Notes: a model not told the origin generated them from the sequence alone. DNA of 63,762 nucleotides, filler included, from Octopus bimaculoides (GCF_001194135.2; 5 parts of 5 records of this genome joined end to end with filler, not necessarily neighbours in it); one strand, 5' to 3'. Positions 40,830-55,859 are shown, counted from the first letter of the whole stretch. Made by a program: numbers and translations.

Positions 40830-42239
40830 TTTTAAAAGATACTGATTTAATTCAAAATTAACAAGGCAGTGAGTAGTGTTTGAAAGTTGATTGATTAATA
40901 TTTTTGATGATAGCAACAACTTATCCTATAATCAAAACAGCCCAAATGCCTAAACTACAACACAAATCTCCAACTGGTTTCAATAAATCAATTGAATATA
41001 GTTTTACAAAGCTTCATTCAGATGGACTACATTCATTTGCTTTATTAATCATTTTTATGATTGTTTTAAACTAGGGAATAATATTATTTTGAAAAGTAGG
41101 CCCTTGTCCCCTTAACTTTGAAATGTGAAATGTAAAAAAAAAACAAAAAAAAAAAAACTTTTATTTCTAAGATACGAAAACATTTTTTATGTTGCTTAGT
41201 AAATTATTGCAATCAGCAATATTAAACTTCCTAGAATAAGCATTGAATAAACAAGCCTAACTATGGAAATAACTAAATGTAGGGCAGTTGATGAAAAAAA
41301 ATAATGAAAAACAGAAAAAATCTCAATTATAACTAATTCGTTTACACGGGAGATTAGCGAAGTACTTCATGAACCCAAACAGCTTGCTATAACAGGATAG
41401 TTAGTCTACTAAAAATAACTAACTATTTAGATTAACAGATTTCCTTTGGGGTTTCATTAGCAGCTACAACTAACAACCTTTATGAATACCATTCATAGAA
41501 TATTTGTGTAACCAGCAGACAGAGTATCAATGACTACTTGACCAACCAACAACGTACACAGTACCACCATTGAAGCCATTCATTATGAGCTTTAATTTTC
41601 AAAATCTAAATATAACTGTTCCAATATTTTAACTTTACTTAAAACTTTGGTAGCTAAGACTATACTGAGATAGTCAAATTACTAAATGAAGAACGTTGTA
41701 AATACTCTGCTATTTATTACTGCAGATATATAAATTCTATTAATTTATTAAACAACACTTAAAAAGGAAAGACTGGTAAGTGCATATCTAATATTTAATA
41801 AAAAGACACTTTTTAAAACAATTCACCAATAATGAGCTAGTTTAATAAATATATTGAGTTTATTGCACTATATAAAGAGAGAGACTTGCAACTTCTTGTG
41901 ACAGCATTTGAAAGCAAGACGTTTAAATTATACAAAACTAATATCTTATTGATATCTTACTAAGAAAAAAATTCAAACTATTTTAATTTATCAACAATGG
42001 CAAGAACTCTCTCTCTCTCTGATATGTTAAAATTGTCAAACCCATCCAATACTCAGTTGGTTTTGTAAGTTGACTAGGACAAATACCATCAAGGATATCA
42101 ATAAAGCAAACTTATTCACTCTTTCAATATAATGGCGAATTATTAGCGTTGATTTCTCTATCTGTGCGTGTTGACATATACAAGAGTATGGTTGCTTTGT
42201 CATTTTCTGACACCTTATATATATACACACACACACACA

Positions 42240-42895
42240 CAGGGTGGCCATGAAGTCATGCACCATCGTGCAATATGTGAAACTGCTAACATTCTCTTTT
42301 TTGATCTCTTTTCCCAACTGCCGATATTACTCACAACCCAATCCTCATTGGATGGAGGCAGATAATCAACAAAGCAGGGGCAAGGTGATGGTGTGGTGTG
42401 GGATTTGGCACAATCAAGTAATCAGACCATTTTATTTTGAGGGACATGCTTGGCAAGATGATGCCTCGTGTGCATTCATTTGGAAGGGGAAATCCTGTCT
42501 GGTAACAGCAGGACGGGGCTCTGCCCCATTATGCATTACAGGTTCGTGATTTTCTGTATGAACATTCTCCAGGAAAATGGACTCGAGCATCGCGGGCCAA
42601 ATGAATGGGCACCACAGTCACCATGGACTTTTTCTTCTGGGGCTACATTAAATCCCTTGTGTATTCTGAACAGATTTGTGACCAAGGACATCTTCAAAGG
42701 ATTGTTGAAGCATGTGAACAAGTCAACGGCATTGAAGAGCTATTTGAGAGGGTTCATCGCAATTTCAAATTCCATATGAACACTTGTTTAGAGCTACATG
42801 GCCAACATTTTGAACATTTGTAATGGATTACCTACTTCATTGCTAATAAAGCATACTTGATATCTCCCATGGTGCATGACATTGTGGCCACCCTG
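42240..42895 (+). mobile_element. Internally deleted IS630-Tc1-mariner element with TIRs
   Basis: 27-bp imperfect TIRs (CAGGGTGGCCAnnnnGTCATGCACCAT). Transposase remnants: KVMVWCGIW...IRPFYFEG and MDFFFWGYIKSLVY...CLELHGQHFEHL. Confidence 0.85.
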
Positions 42896-45329
42896 TGTGT
42901 ATATATAAAATGGTAAAATACTAAAGTAAAGGTATGTCACCAAATGTAATAATCATTAAGAAGACACGTCAGTTTCATGCTTTTTTTTTCTTTTCTTTTG
43001 GTAGCACCAATTCAATCACATTTTGACTCTTGTAAAGCTGGCATTACATTACACATTTGAGAGAGAAAATATAATTCTCTATAAGAGCTGATCACAACTT
43101 AAGGAAAAGTTCCAAAATTTTAGCCGTTTCAAATTGTAAGTGTGATCAGCTGCACCAGCAGAGAGGAAAAGAACAGAAAGGTACAACCAGAAAATACAAC
43201 TCGTGAATAATGTGTAGGCAAATGCAAGCACTAATTTAAAGGAACTGTTAAATGTAGTATCATCTCAGTTATGGTCAGTAGCCGTATCACTGGAAATAAC
43301 AGTTAATCCTTCTCTGGGCTTCCTTAGATAGCAACTTGGTTTCGTGTCTTTGCAAAAGTGTCATTCAATGCAGTGAAACATAGGCATGTAACAGTTTAAA
43401 ATGGCTCCTCATCTTTACTTCATAGTTATAATAACACTTGATGATTCAATAGAACAGCTAATAACTAATGATGTCACAAACTTGTGATATGATATAGTTT
43501 TGTGGTCATACAAAAGACCTGTATCCCATTAAACCAAATAGAAATGTAGTAATATAGGACAAGAGATTGTTATTGTTAAAAGTAAGAATACAATATAACC
43601 AACTGTTTGGGTGTGCCCCATATGTCATGCTTCAAGCTACATATTGAGCAAAAGTGCAATGAAACTTGTGAACTGTTTTCTATTCTAAAAAGGACAAAAC
43701 TGACTATGAAGGCAGATTTCGTCAACACTATAAAGTGATTATAACAATCAGTTGTAATGTTACAAAAGTGTAGTAAGTTCACTCAAAAAATATAGACTAA
43801 TATAAAATATAGATATCTGAACCTGTATTTCACTATGCCTGCTGGTTGAATCGTAAGAGCATCAGATGGTGGCTGAATGGACACAAGTTTATAACTTGCT
43901 GTACTTAAATACACTTAGCTGTAAATAGTTACCATGAGGAGGTATAAATGTTGCAAGTGGAGAAGAGAGACAAATTAATTAATAAGTTGCAGTGTTGATA
44001 TCAATCTTCTCCAATTGCAAGAGAGAAATGCCTCAATACACTATAGTACTGATACTATTTGAGATAAATTTCCAATGGACAAAATTATTTTCTGGTTGTT
44101 ACTATCATCATCATTATTATTTCTATTTGTATGTCTGTTCAATGCTAGCATGGGGAGTGGGGTGGAAAGGTGTTAAAAATTCAAACAGGTTGTAGAGTAG
44201 AGCAGATAGGAAGCATTTGGAGAATTCAGATTCTTTCATGCTACATATACATGCATTATACCTGGTTTAATTCATACCATAAAATATATTAAATCTGGCA
44301 TTAAAACTATCCATTCTAATGTTTAATCCCAAGTCAGCCCTGATCAAGTAAACGACCATCCTCTCCATATTTATTTTCTTTGATTTTTTTTTTTTAGTCA
44401 GGAGGTAGGGGCAACTAGATGGAGGAAGGGAGAAAGGTTTCTCCTCAAACTGGAAGCTTGGCCCAGTTGGAAACTTAGCCCAAATGCTTGCAACATAGAG
44501 AAACTCCATTAAAAGCACTTAAAAGTATCAGGTGGGCAATGAGTTAGGTCTACCACCCAGAATGTAAAGAGCCAGAACAAATTCTGCAAGGTGTCCAACC
44601 CAATGTTCTTCCAGTTCAGCCAATTAACCACCTTGGTTTGGTACTGTTTTTAAATAAAATAAATCCTGAAAGGATGAACAGCAAAGCTGACCATGGCAGG
44701 ATTTGGACTCAGGGAGCCAGAACAAACACTGCAAAGCATTTTTTGTCTATTGACTGCCAATTCACCTAATAACCAACCAAGTTATATCTATGCTTAGATC
44801 ATCATATTGGCACGGTCAACCCGACCTTTTTTTTTTTTTTTTTATTGATGAGATGCAATTTGGTTGCTATTTGTACCAGGCTTGTATTTTCCGAAGTAGA
44901 ACATCATTATTTTTAATCAAATTGTGTTAATGTAAATGCTTTAAGATATTAACTAACACCAAAAATACCGGTTTTAAATATAAGTTGTTTAAAAGAAGAG
45001 TTATATTTTGAAAAATTTGTTGCAGAAAGCTTAGAGTTAAAAGACCTAAGAAACCTTTCAAGGATGAAATGAAAATTGGTTTTGTAACTCTTACTTCATT
45101 ATTGTTAGGTTAAATTAGCTAATGACAGTTTTAGAGAAAAGGATTATCCTTGCTGCTTCATGCAACAGTTAAAGAGATACAAATAAGTGAGAACTGGGAA
45201 TCGATAACGAAATGAAGTATTTTGATAAATCCAAAAAGAACTATTTAGAAAATCTAACAGGCATAAGACTAAAAGTTATAGCCATCCAGAAGATAGTGTT
45301 TTCAATATATATATGTGTATATATATATA

Positions 45330-45386
<57 letters not shown>

Positions 45387-46259
45387 TTTAAAAAGGCTGT
45401 CATCTTTTAAAGCTAAGTTACAGATTTTTCTGAAACGCACTACACTGAATAGCATTATTCCTTGATTCATTCAAGTGGGGGTCCCCCCCCCCAATTTATA
45501 TGAAGTTTGGCTACGGCTTAAATAAACGGTCTGTGAACCCTGTAGTCAATCTCCTGTTAGATGATATACCAGACTACATTAATCTACCAGATCACTCAGT
45601 GAATTATTAACATACTAAACTAGTATGGACCACAATTATAACCTTTGAAGTAAACACACTCAATATATGAACCAACTTCATTAAAAAAAAAATTTGATTC
45701 TAAATAACTTGTAAATAGTTCAATGGGAAGCAAAAACAGAAGTGTGAGAATATCATCTAGCTACAGGTATTGAAGTTATAAACTAAATATATTGTGGTAA
45801 AAAACCATATAAAAATTAGGTTTCAGGAAAGAAACAAAAAACTTGATGTGATCGTTCCTTTTTAAAATTAGTACAAGATTAACTAATAATAATTTTTAAG
45901 AAACTACCACTACTGACTCACCCAAAATAATAAATAACTATAAAATACGGCTTATTCTTTGTTTTCTAAAATTGCTCAGAAATTCATTTACAGGTTTCAG
46001 TTATTGTATCTTTTTATAATTTTATTTGTTATAAAGAATGAATGTTTACAAATTGTTGTCCTTCCTAACACCCGTTATGTAAATTCCTGCATCATCAGAA
46101 AACCTGTTTGTTTCACTTATTACAGTTTTTGATAGAAATGTAGATCATTCTAGCTATCCTATGCCATAACTTATAACTTAAAGATTAAAAAACTTGCTGA
46201 GCCTAAGAATTCCAAATCACAAATGAAGTGGCATGAAAGTGACTAATAATAACAATAAT

Positions 46260-46440
46260 AATCCTTTCCATTATAGGCACATGGCCTCAAATTTTGGATG
46301 AGGAGGCTAGTTGATTACATTAACCCCAGCAGTCAACTAGCACTTATTTTATCAACCCCAAAAGAACAAAAGGCAATGCTGACCTTGCCAGATGCCACTA
46401 AGCATAGGTGTGCTAATGATTATGTCAGCTTGCTGCCTTA
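46260..46440 (-). mobile_element. SINE family B, CpG-decayed
   Basis: Reads ttttatcaaccccaaaagaacaaaaggcaatgctgaccttg where the family B antisense has tcgaccccgaaaggatgaaaggcaa.gtcgacctcg; the CpGs are converted. Confidence 0.7.
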
Positions 46441-47304
46441 ATAATAAGTTGTAATTCAAAATGGGGGAGAGGGATTGATGGGGAATTTAGTTGCATTGTC
46501 TGTGTGTTGGTTAAAATAAGCATGTGTAAGTTAAAACGTATAATTAAAAAGGATTGTAGTGAATTCTGATCTGGAAATGATATTGAAATCCAATGATTTT
46601 AGTGGTGACCTTGAAAACAACATACACGAATGAATGCATGCATATATATATATATATATATATATGCATGCACATGCACACACACACACACACACACACC
46701 AAAATAGTTGGGCATGTTATGCACAGATATTTCAGACCAGTATCCTTATCTTAGTTGCTAAGGTCATACCACTTTAGCCAGTGAACACTCCATCCCCTTT
46801 GAGTAAGCATCTGTTGTATTTCAGTAAAGTTCTTAGTATTTTGAAGCAAACTCTTTATTAAATCAATGCAAACATATTGTTCTCATTTTGTTGTTCCTGT
46901 CTGGGGTATCCTATCAGTTATCCTCCTACTTGTGATGTCACTTGCTCATTTTGCTTGAACCAGAGTATATGTTGCTGAAGTAGCACAGGTATTGATTGAA
47001 TTCACAGCCACAAGCCAAACCACTACACTTAAACACTTGACATTTAATCAACACATATTCAGTATCTTATTGTCCTAGAGAACAATTAAGTAATGGAAAT
47101 ACATAGGTTTAAATCTAACTTCTGATAATGAGAAGAATTTACATGACTGGTAGTAGGAAGGACTGTGTGTATGTATATATGCAGCAATGTTTACATTCCA
47201 GGTCTTCACATGAAAGTTTTTTCCCTGAAAATTGTAAAATTTGTTGACATACCATGTCCATGAAAACAGATAAAGGTTAGCGGAAGATGTATCATCATTT
47301 AAAG

Positions 47305-47560
47305 TTCATTCTCCATTTGTCTGTTTTGGCATGGTTTCCATGGCTGGATGCCTTTCCTAATGCCAACCACTATAAAGTGTACTGGGTGCTTTTATGTGGT
47401 ACTGGCATGGGTGCTTTTACACAGTACCAGCACTAACAAGCCTGCAAGGCTAGGGTCTCTTGGCTGAGAGAGGGATGTAGAAGACATGTTCATGTGCATG
47501 GATAGTCACAATTTTACTTAGCTTGATGTGTCTTCTCAAGCACAGCAAACTGCCGAAAGT
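47305..47560 (-). mobile_element. 3' UTR fragment of the RTE-like LINE
   Basis: ttgatgtgtcttctcaagcacagcaaa and catggctggatgcctttcctaatgccaacc are antisense to parts of 54130-54790. Confidence 0.7.
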
Positions 47561-50045
47561 GGTTGTAAAACAATACCTCAGTATATATCTGTCAAACCCA
47601 GTGAAAAACATATAAAATGAACATACATGCATGTTAAAGCTTCTAAATTTTATCACTTAATTGTTTGACAAGGCAATTGGATAGAGAATACATATGTCAG
47701 GTACAAGCAGAAAGAGCAACATCATAAATAGGGGAATGAGTAAGAGAGTATTCCTGGAATGGACAACAGAATAAGAATTATCACCCCTCTGTGGTTTTAA
47801 TAAAGGGTTCAGCTTAAAGCATCAAGAACATTACTGAATGTTCTTGAAGAATACAGGAGAGTAGGGTGTTGCAATGGCCAAAACATTGTGACTATAACAA
47901 TCAAGATGAGGACAAAATGTGTTTGTAAGACACACAAATGTACACAAAATAAAATAGTTGATAAAGGATAATCATGTATAAATAGAAGTTATGAACAAAA
48001 TATGTGTAACTAGATGTTGCTAGAATATGATAGTATATATTGTATTTTGAAGAAAATATTATCAATGTTTTAACATCCATTTTTCATGCTGGTATGAAGT
48101 TCACTCCAGTCACATAGTTATGAGTTCCTTGCCACTGTGCAGCATCTTAGGCAAGTCTTTTTTAACCATACATAACCGTAAATCAAACCATAACATTTTG
48201 GGGTGAACATTGAATCCATTGCCCAGTTTTTAACATCAACAGCTAGCTTTAGAATACTTTTAACAGAGTTTTAAGCATTTGGATGAAGTTTCTGGTCTGA
48301 GGAAGACTTGATATTCTGTAATACACTACATTAATCATGTTTTCTTCTTCCACCTCTCTCAAGGGTCTTGGAGACCCTGCAAAAGGTCAGAAGCTCTGAT
48401 GTTCCCCTTCTGACTAAAGCAATTACATGTCTGCTTTACAGCTTATGACTCATCTTGATTCTTTATAATTCACCTGTGGGTCCTTGAAATCAAATCTCAA
48501 CCACAATGATAATCAAAATTAAATCTGTTACATCACAAAATTTTAAACATAACTGAGTATCTTGAAAATTCTAATCATAATTTCAGCTAGGTTATTAAGT
48601 GTGGAGAAGGAAAATGAAAGACAATGCCAACTTTTACTTTTGACAAACCTTGTACAATGTCATGTTTCCTGGACAACTTAGCTATCAGATTATAAATATA
48701 GTAATTATGTCAGCTTCAGGCTAGTACAACAAAATTACTAGGTCAAATATAAATCTGTTGTCCATTAGCTAAAAATGTAAGAATGGATGGATGTTTAAAA
48801 TTCAACAATTACTGTTATCTTCATTATACAGCAAGACATAATATCATCATAAGTAAATAGTTACTATTTTGTATATTTGTTGATCAAAGATAATTTCAAG
48901 CTCTCACCTAAACTTCTCAACTTTCATGACACTAATAAAACCTGAAATAAAACAGGTTTAACCCAATATCTTTAAATCTTTTAAGATTTAAAACATTTTA
49001 AGCATACCCATGATTGCTCTATCATTACATGAAACAACCAGAAATGTCTATTCCTCTTACTTCACAGTAAAGTGATTGTCAATATACAAGTAGTGATTCA
49101 ATAATTGCTGACAGACTCCATACCAATATTTAAATTTCAGAACAATACAACCTTGGTTAGTATAGAAATAACTGGTGTAAAAAAAAAACATAAAAGGGCA
49201 TTTTATTAAAATGTCTTATTTTTTTTAATTAGTCGCAATTGTTAAAAATTAAATTTTCATACAAACACACTCTCATACAGAAAACAGTTTTTAAAATATT
49301 GAAACACATCAACCAGAGAAGAAGCTGTTTGTTTAAATTGCCAACATAAGCAAGCAGGTATTATTAAACCAGTGAAATTAAGATGATCAAGAATACAAAA
49401 TACTGCCACCATCTATTTACAATGTATACAAATTCATCAGTAACTTTTAAATCAAACAAATTGTTAATAAGAATCTAATTGCTATTTACACAGTATAAAA
49501 TAGATAAATATGTTTTGCTGGACTAATTTCACTTTACAAAAATAAAATCTGTCAAGGAGGAGGGCAGTAATTTTCAATAAGAACTGACATGGACCATGAC
49601 AACCTACCTAACCCATGCCAACATGGAAAGCAGACATAAAATGATGATGATTATAATGAAAGTTACATATATTACTGATATTATTCTTTGCTAAAATATC
49701 ATACTAAATGTTTTTGAAATTCTTTGTTATTTTCTATGCAAATTCATTTCTTTTACCTGACACCCTTATTTTGATGCTTCTTTCGCATACAAACACTAAC
49801 ATGGAGTTAAATTATTGCACTTAGTATAGCAAACATATTCCACTAATCAAATCATTCTTATTTTTATTTCACAATACAGTATGTATGGTGAGAAGATCTT
49901 TGTCATTAACACATATAGATGTTATACTGAAGATAGTGAATTTACTATATAGTGTCTTAGCCTCAACTATCAGATATTATTGTAAGACATATTGTGTGTG
50001 TATGTATGTATATNNNNNNNNNNNNNNNNNNNNNNNNNNNNNNNN

Positions 50046-50081
<36 letters not shown>

Positions 50082-50803
50082 ATAAGCCCTATACACCACA
50101 ATTTTTATTTAAGAAAAATTATGCTCCATTTATTGGTAAAAAGATGGTTGTATTACTATTTCATAGCAGTTGTAAAACTCTTCTCAATAAGACAGAAATT
50201 TGTCACTAAACAAATTAAGAGCAATATCTTTTATAGTCACATACATACACAATGATGCTATCAGAAACAAATACCTAACCTAAAATGTAGTTCTTTTGGT
50301 TTTTCTTTCTTTTTCAATGATCATAAAACTATAAGTGTGCATGAACTGTTTATTTCTCAAACTGTACTTATATTGGGATAAACTTTCTTTGTCAAATGTT
50401 TCAGACTTTAATAAAAACAAATATTTATTACATAAAGCTGTTCTTTGTTTTATTTCTTTCCAAAACACTGAAATATTATTATTAAAATTAGTTCCAAACT
50501 CATTGAACAGAATATTTCAAAAATATGTTAACTAGAAAAGACCAACTAAAAATGTATAGTGCTCATGGAAATTAGTTAAAAATAATTTTAAAAAAGTATT
50601 ATAGAAAATTAGGTTAATGTAAGGTGAATCTTAATGATCATCTGCACTCCATTTTTTTCTTCTTTCTTTTTTTAGGATTATTCAATTTTAGGCATCAGTA
50701 ATGCTAAAGTAACCAATACATATATTTCAATTACAACAAGCCATTGTAACATCTTTAAATATAAATCGGCAAAATTGATGGTTATTCTTGCAATGAAACT
50801 TAC

Positions 50804-50952
50804 CTGGGTGTCAATATATGTTTCTATCTTTGGTTCTACAGCTAATTCAGCTTCTAAGATTCGTTCAACAGGCATATCAACATTTGCACTGCTGGTGCTC
50901 TCTACTTCGCCTTCTCCTTTTTCTTTCACACGTTGACGTTCTTCTTGAACAG
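50804..50952 (-). CDS. RXR: Internal coding exon of retinoid X receptor (NR2B): T-box, hinge and LBD helix 1
   Basis: 149 nt between acceptor ttttgtctttttgcag and donor gtaagt. Phase 1 to phase 0. Encodes (A)[57 protein letters not shown] and [15 protein letters not shown] are RXR/USP hallmarks, and the short ...YIDTQ end is mollusc-like. Confidence 0.96.
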
Positions 50953-53929
50953 CTGCAAAAAGACAAAAGCAACAATCAAATCTCTAACACCTTGTAAATT
51001 TATGCCGGCAGATTTAGCTTAAATGTAATCACTATAACATTGGAATAAAAGACTCTTGAAGAAATGAAAATGACAAATGAACAGTTTCTAATTAGAATCA
51101 CTTGACATAAAAACGTAGTAACAAGAGATATAAAATAAAAAATAGACATTCAGAAAATTTGATTGTTTCTTTAGAAATTTAATCACAGTTAATTACTGTA
51201 TTTTCATATACTTTGCCTTTTGAAACACGTATACAGATAAAAGATAAATGAAATTCAATTCAGTGGTTAACTTTCCAAGAGATGCTAAATACATTTATTT
51301 GTTTGAGATTCCATCTAACTGTATTTGCAACAAACATGACAAACATGAATCAATGACTGTCACAGTCATTCTACAACATACAAAACTATAAAGTAACAGC
51401 AGTTAAGGTTTCTATTGTTAAATAACATTGTTGATCTATGTCTGTGACAAGTTGATATATTATAGATGCACAAAACACCTAATGATCAATAGATTCACAA
51501 AAGAAACAGAAATAAAAACAAGTATTAGTATAAATCATATCTAAGAGGTAAAAATTTTAAAACAGGAATGACAAATTGGCATAGTAACCAAGTTACTCCA
51601 GGCTATTCAACTACACCTACATTAAACCACTGAACTAAATCTCCTATTCCACTTTGAAACATTTCAAATTACTTTTATGTAACCTTGCAGTGAACATCAA
51701 CCTCAAAATAGACACAGGTATTTCTATTTACAACCCTTTCAATACACCACTGACTGAGTGACTAAGTTACTTAATGACATTTAGTCATATCTAATGGCAT
51801 CCAATGACAAAGAGCTGCAGCTGTCACATTTGATAAACTATGTATTAAGGACCTGACCCAAACATTAAATATTTATGTAACAAACCAAAAAAGCAATCAA
51901 ATCATTTGACATATTGTTAACGGTGAAAGATGAAAAGTTGAACAAACACTTTTTCTCTATTCTGTTTCTTCTAGAGTCAGAATTAAAACCGCAATGAACT
52001 TCATAAATTGTGTAACCTAACGAAAACAAAAAAACTTTTCTGGTTGAAAACTGCTGTTGTCAAGTGACAGAGAGTCTGTTGTTAGCATTTCTAGGGAGTA
52101 TATTATGCTACATTTCAGACAATGTGACATGAGTGTAAAGCTGTGGTATTGAGTTATATTCTCTGCTCACTCTTCATCCTTTACATTTTATTCTAAATTG
52201 TGGGAATCAGAATGGCAGGATTAGGTTTCCTATATTTCTGGGTGACTGGCAGATCCAAGATCAAAGTTCCTTGCTTAGCTGTACTTCAGATTAATCACCT
52301 GTGCTGTGTAGTTTTGTTAGTAAATTCAAAAGCAGGACTAATAAATGCTGAAATATAACACTTATCATAAAGACAGTCTAAATAATTGCTTTCAAACTAC
52401 TAATACACACCAGAACGCTCTGGTGCTTTCTTCCTAAAATAAATATATAGATTATAAATTGGAAAAAATTGAAACAAACATTCTTAAGGCTTTTTGAATG
52501 CAAGGATAAACCTTTTACTTAATAAACCATTATATTCTAGGTCCATTCATACTAAACAGAGCTTTAGATAATTATCTTCTATAATATCTTTGGATTGATG
52601 CCCTGACAATGAAATATAGAGAGCAAATTTCTAAGGAGCCTGTTGTGTGTGTGGATAAAAATCTGTGAAACAAATATAGCATGATGTCTAAATATTACAA
52701 TGTATGTTCCATGTTTGAATTATTAAGTACCAGACTAAAGTATTGGGGTCAACATAATTAACTAAAACTATTTAAGTCAATGTCCTAATTTGGATGTAAT
52801 TGAAAGCTACAAACCATCAAATAATTGTATTTACCTTATTTTTCTTTCAGAAATTAAAGTGCTTGTAGAAACTTGAAAGTTAAACAGTAATTTAAGACTA
52901 TTAGCACAGAGCAGAAAATGAGAGCTGAACAACAAAATGTCAATTTATTGCTTTTATTCACCATATGGTGCAAGATAAAACTAAAATATTGTAAAATTAA
53001 CAATTTATACTCTGAAACTATGGGGTGTGTGTGCAATGAAGGTTTTACTACCTAGATCAATATTATCAACAAGCTGCTAAATAACGACACTAGAAAAGGA
53101 AACTAGAACCCCACCTACCAATATATGATACAATATTATTAAATGTAAAACCTTGTACAGAAATCAGGCTTCAATGACATTTCAAAGTTAACAGACTAGA
53201 AATCTGCAGAACTGAAAACAAGAACAGCCTCAGTATTTGCGATAAACTATTAACAATACAATCTTATGCATAATTGTTTGAGATTAAGAATCTCCTAAGA
53301 ATGTCCATTCCTAACAAAGCACCTCCAGAAAAAGAAGGGTCAGAGATAATGTATTTTTGTAGAGAAAGATATGTTTAGTTTCAGCTTTCTGTTCATGTTG
53401 CCAAGTTTATTACCAACTGCTCTTATGAATCCTCTAACCACAAACTAGTTATGTACTGAAAAGATAAGAAGCAACAACAAAAATAATAGCACTTCAGTAT
53501 ACTGATGACCAAAATATCAAGATATGTTATGTTTTTAAGTACACTGCAAAAAATAAATAATTGATATCTAACATTCCTAACCACTACTTTGAAATATTTT
53601 CAGCTTGAGATTAGACAAGAAGAATGAGGTTAACTAGATAAATGGATTATTCACAATGAGAAACATGTCAAGCAAATCTATTTCATGCAAGCTCAACACA
53701 ACATAGGTATTTTCTAGGAATATAGCTAAGTATTTAATAACTGCTCAAGTTGTTTGCAACAAAACACAAGTTGTTTTATAACTTATCATGCAACATATTT
53801 TTTTCTATTGTACCAAAAGTGCAGTGAAATTTAACTGCATGAGGTCAGGCAAAGCTCTGATGTATGTGCTATATCAGTGTGCATGTATGACAAAGCATTT
53901 ATGTTTTAAGAGAAAAACTGTGTAAAAGA

Positions 53930-54790
53930 CATCAGATGTAGTGTGCAAGAGAGAAGACTGTGCTGGCATGGCCATATAATGCATATGGATGAGGAGAGCT
54001 GGTATCTAATTGTGGAGGGAACCTGTGGAAGAAGTAGACCCAGGAAGACAATGGGACAAAGTGATGAGAAGTGATCTTCAGATGCTGAGCCTCAAGAGTT
54101 GACAAGGAACCGAAACAACTGGTGATTTGCTGTGCTTGAGAAGACACGCATCAAGTTAAGTAAAATCACAGCCATACAAGCATGTCCTCTATGGCCAAGC
54201 CCCCACCCTGCCTCACAATCTATCCACAACCAGTCTTCTTCCCCCATTCTCCTTCATGTGCCTACCTGCACACATACTACATGCCCTCACATATCTACCA
54301 TAGTCCTCAGCCACTCCAATTTCTCTCACCATCACCTCTTTCCTGTCTCTAAATATCTCAATTCGCACTCTTATGGAACATCTCCATCTACCCCAGCTGT
54401 ATCACATATTCACCTCCACTGTCTTGTAAGTATGAGCCCCACCCACATCGCCAACTCCATCTATTTCTCTGCCTGTCTCTCTCTGACTATCATTTCTTTT
54501 CCTACTGGGGTAACCAAGTATCTTACAAAGCCGCTTCCCTCAGTATCACTCCCTGTCCCAGCCAAGAGGCTCTTGTAAGTCTTATAAGTTACTTGGCAAC
54601 CCTGGTGGTGTTGGAGCCACATAAAAGCACCCAGTACATTCTGTAAAATGGTTGGCGTTATGAAGGACATCCAACCATAGAAACCATGTCAAAACAGACA
54701 ATGGAGCCTAGTGCAGTTCTCTGGTTTATTGGCTCCTGTTTTACTATCTAATCCATGCCAGCATGGAAAATGAATACTAAATGATGATAT
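53930..54790 (+). mobile_element. 3' end of an RTE-clade LINE with 3' UTR
   Basis: IRCSVQERRLCWHGHIMHMD...VEGTCGRSRPRKT..DKVMRSDL, then a pyrimidine-rich UTR ending ccatgccagcatggaaaatgaatactaaatgatgat. Confidence 0.8.
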
Positions 54791-55827
54791 ATAAACTCAA
54801 TAACAAAATTACATTTCTGTTATATTACTTATGTTATCAGATTACTTTGCACATATAAAAAATTAAATTGGGGAATAAAATTAAATATTCAGCTTGGCAC
54901 TATCAAGAAAGCATAGCCCTATCCAACATCACTAAAATTTTAAGTATTCAGCCAATTTTTTAGCAGTGATTGTAGTGCCTAAATGCTAGTATAGCCACTG
55001 ATTTGTAGACAGACATGACACCAATAAGATTAAAACTTAGCAGTGTAAAGTCACAAACAAATCATTACAAACAGACTTGGCATGAAATCTTTTAAAATCT
55101 ATTTCATAAATACAAACAACTAAATTCCTCCACGGATAATCCTACATCACAATAAACTCAACTATTTTCAATAAGTTTTTAAATTCACGAAGACTGTTGG
55201 ATTAGCCAAGATCAATGTTTTGTTTCCGGAGAGTGGCCTACAACACAGTGTGTGTGACCATGACTGACTAAATGGCCTTGTCCAGTTAACTGTAAGCAAC
55301 TAAAGCACTTTACTCAGATCCACATTTTAAGACAGAGCAAACGTATAGTCAAATGAATTAAGCCTAGTATATTACTCATAGATAATTTATCCAACCTTAG
55401 AGTAGGATGGTAAAGTTTACCAAAGTAAGGTTTAAAGAAACAGTTAACTGTTCATTCCCGAGTATTCTGACTAAAAATCTTGCTTCATCTAGAGTTATAT
55501 AACATTTCGAAGCTACAAAAGTAATTTTTTGTAACTGTTTGATACCAACTCACCTTAGACTACTTTTAAATCTAATACAAATCTTTGTTTCAAAAACAAT
55601 GTCCATATTTGAATTAAAACTGTCAGTGCCTTTTCTTACATTATGTTCCAAACATGAATATAATTACAAATAAGTTAATTATTTTACTAAATCTTACCTA
55701 ACTTTTTTATTATTTTCAAAATTGATTGAAACATACAGAGACAATATATTTTCCAGAGAAATATACAATGTAAGTGGTATAGAAATTTAGGAATAACAAT
55801 GTAATTCACTCAACACGCATGCACGCG

Positions 55828-55859
<32 letters not shown>

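Noticed and set aside
50678-50929. 83-aa ORF MKEKGEGE...LLMPKIE as a complete protein
   Set aside because: The start is an internal GTG (Val). Similarity to RXR stops at the gtaagt donor (50803), and the tail is intron read-through.
55554-55571. Possible 18-nt RXR microexon (tag|ATTTAAAAGTAGTCTAAG|gtgagt, minus)
   Set aside because: Good donor, but a poor pyrimidine tract and an in-frame TAA in the RXR phase. A poison exon cannot be excluded but has no support.
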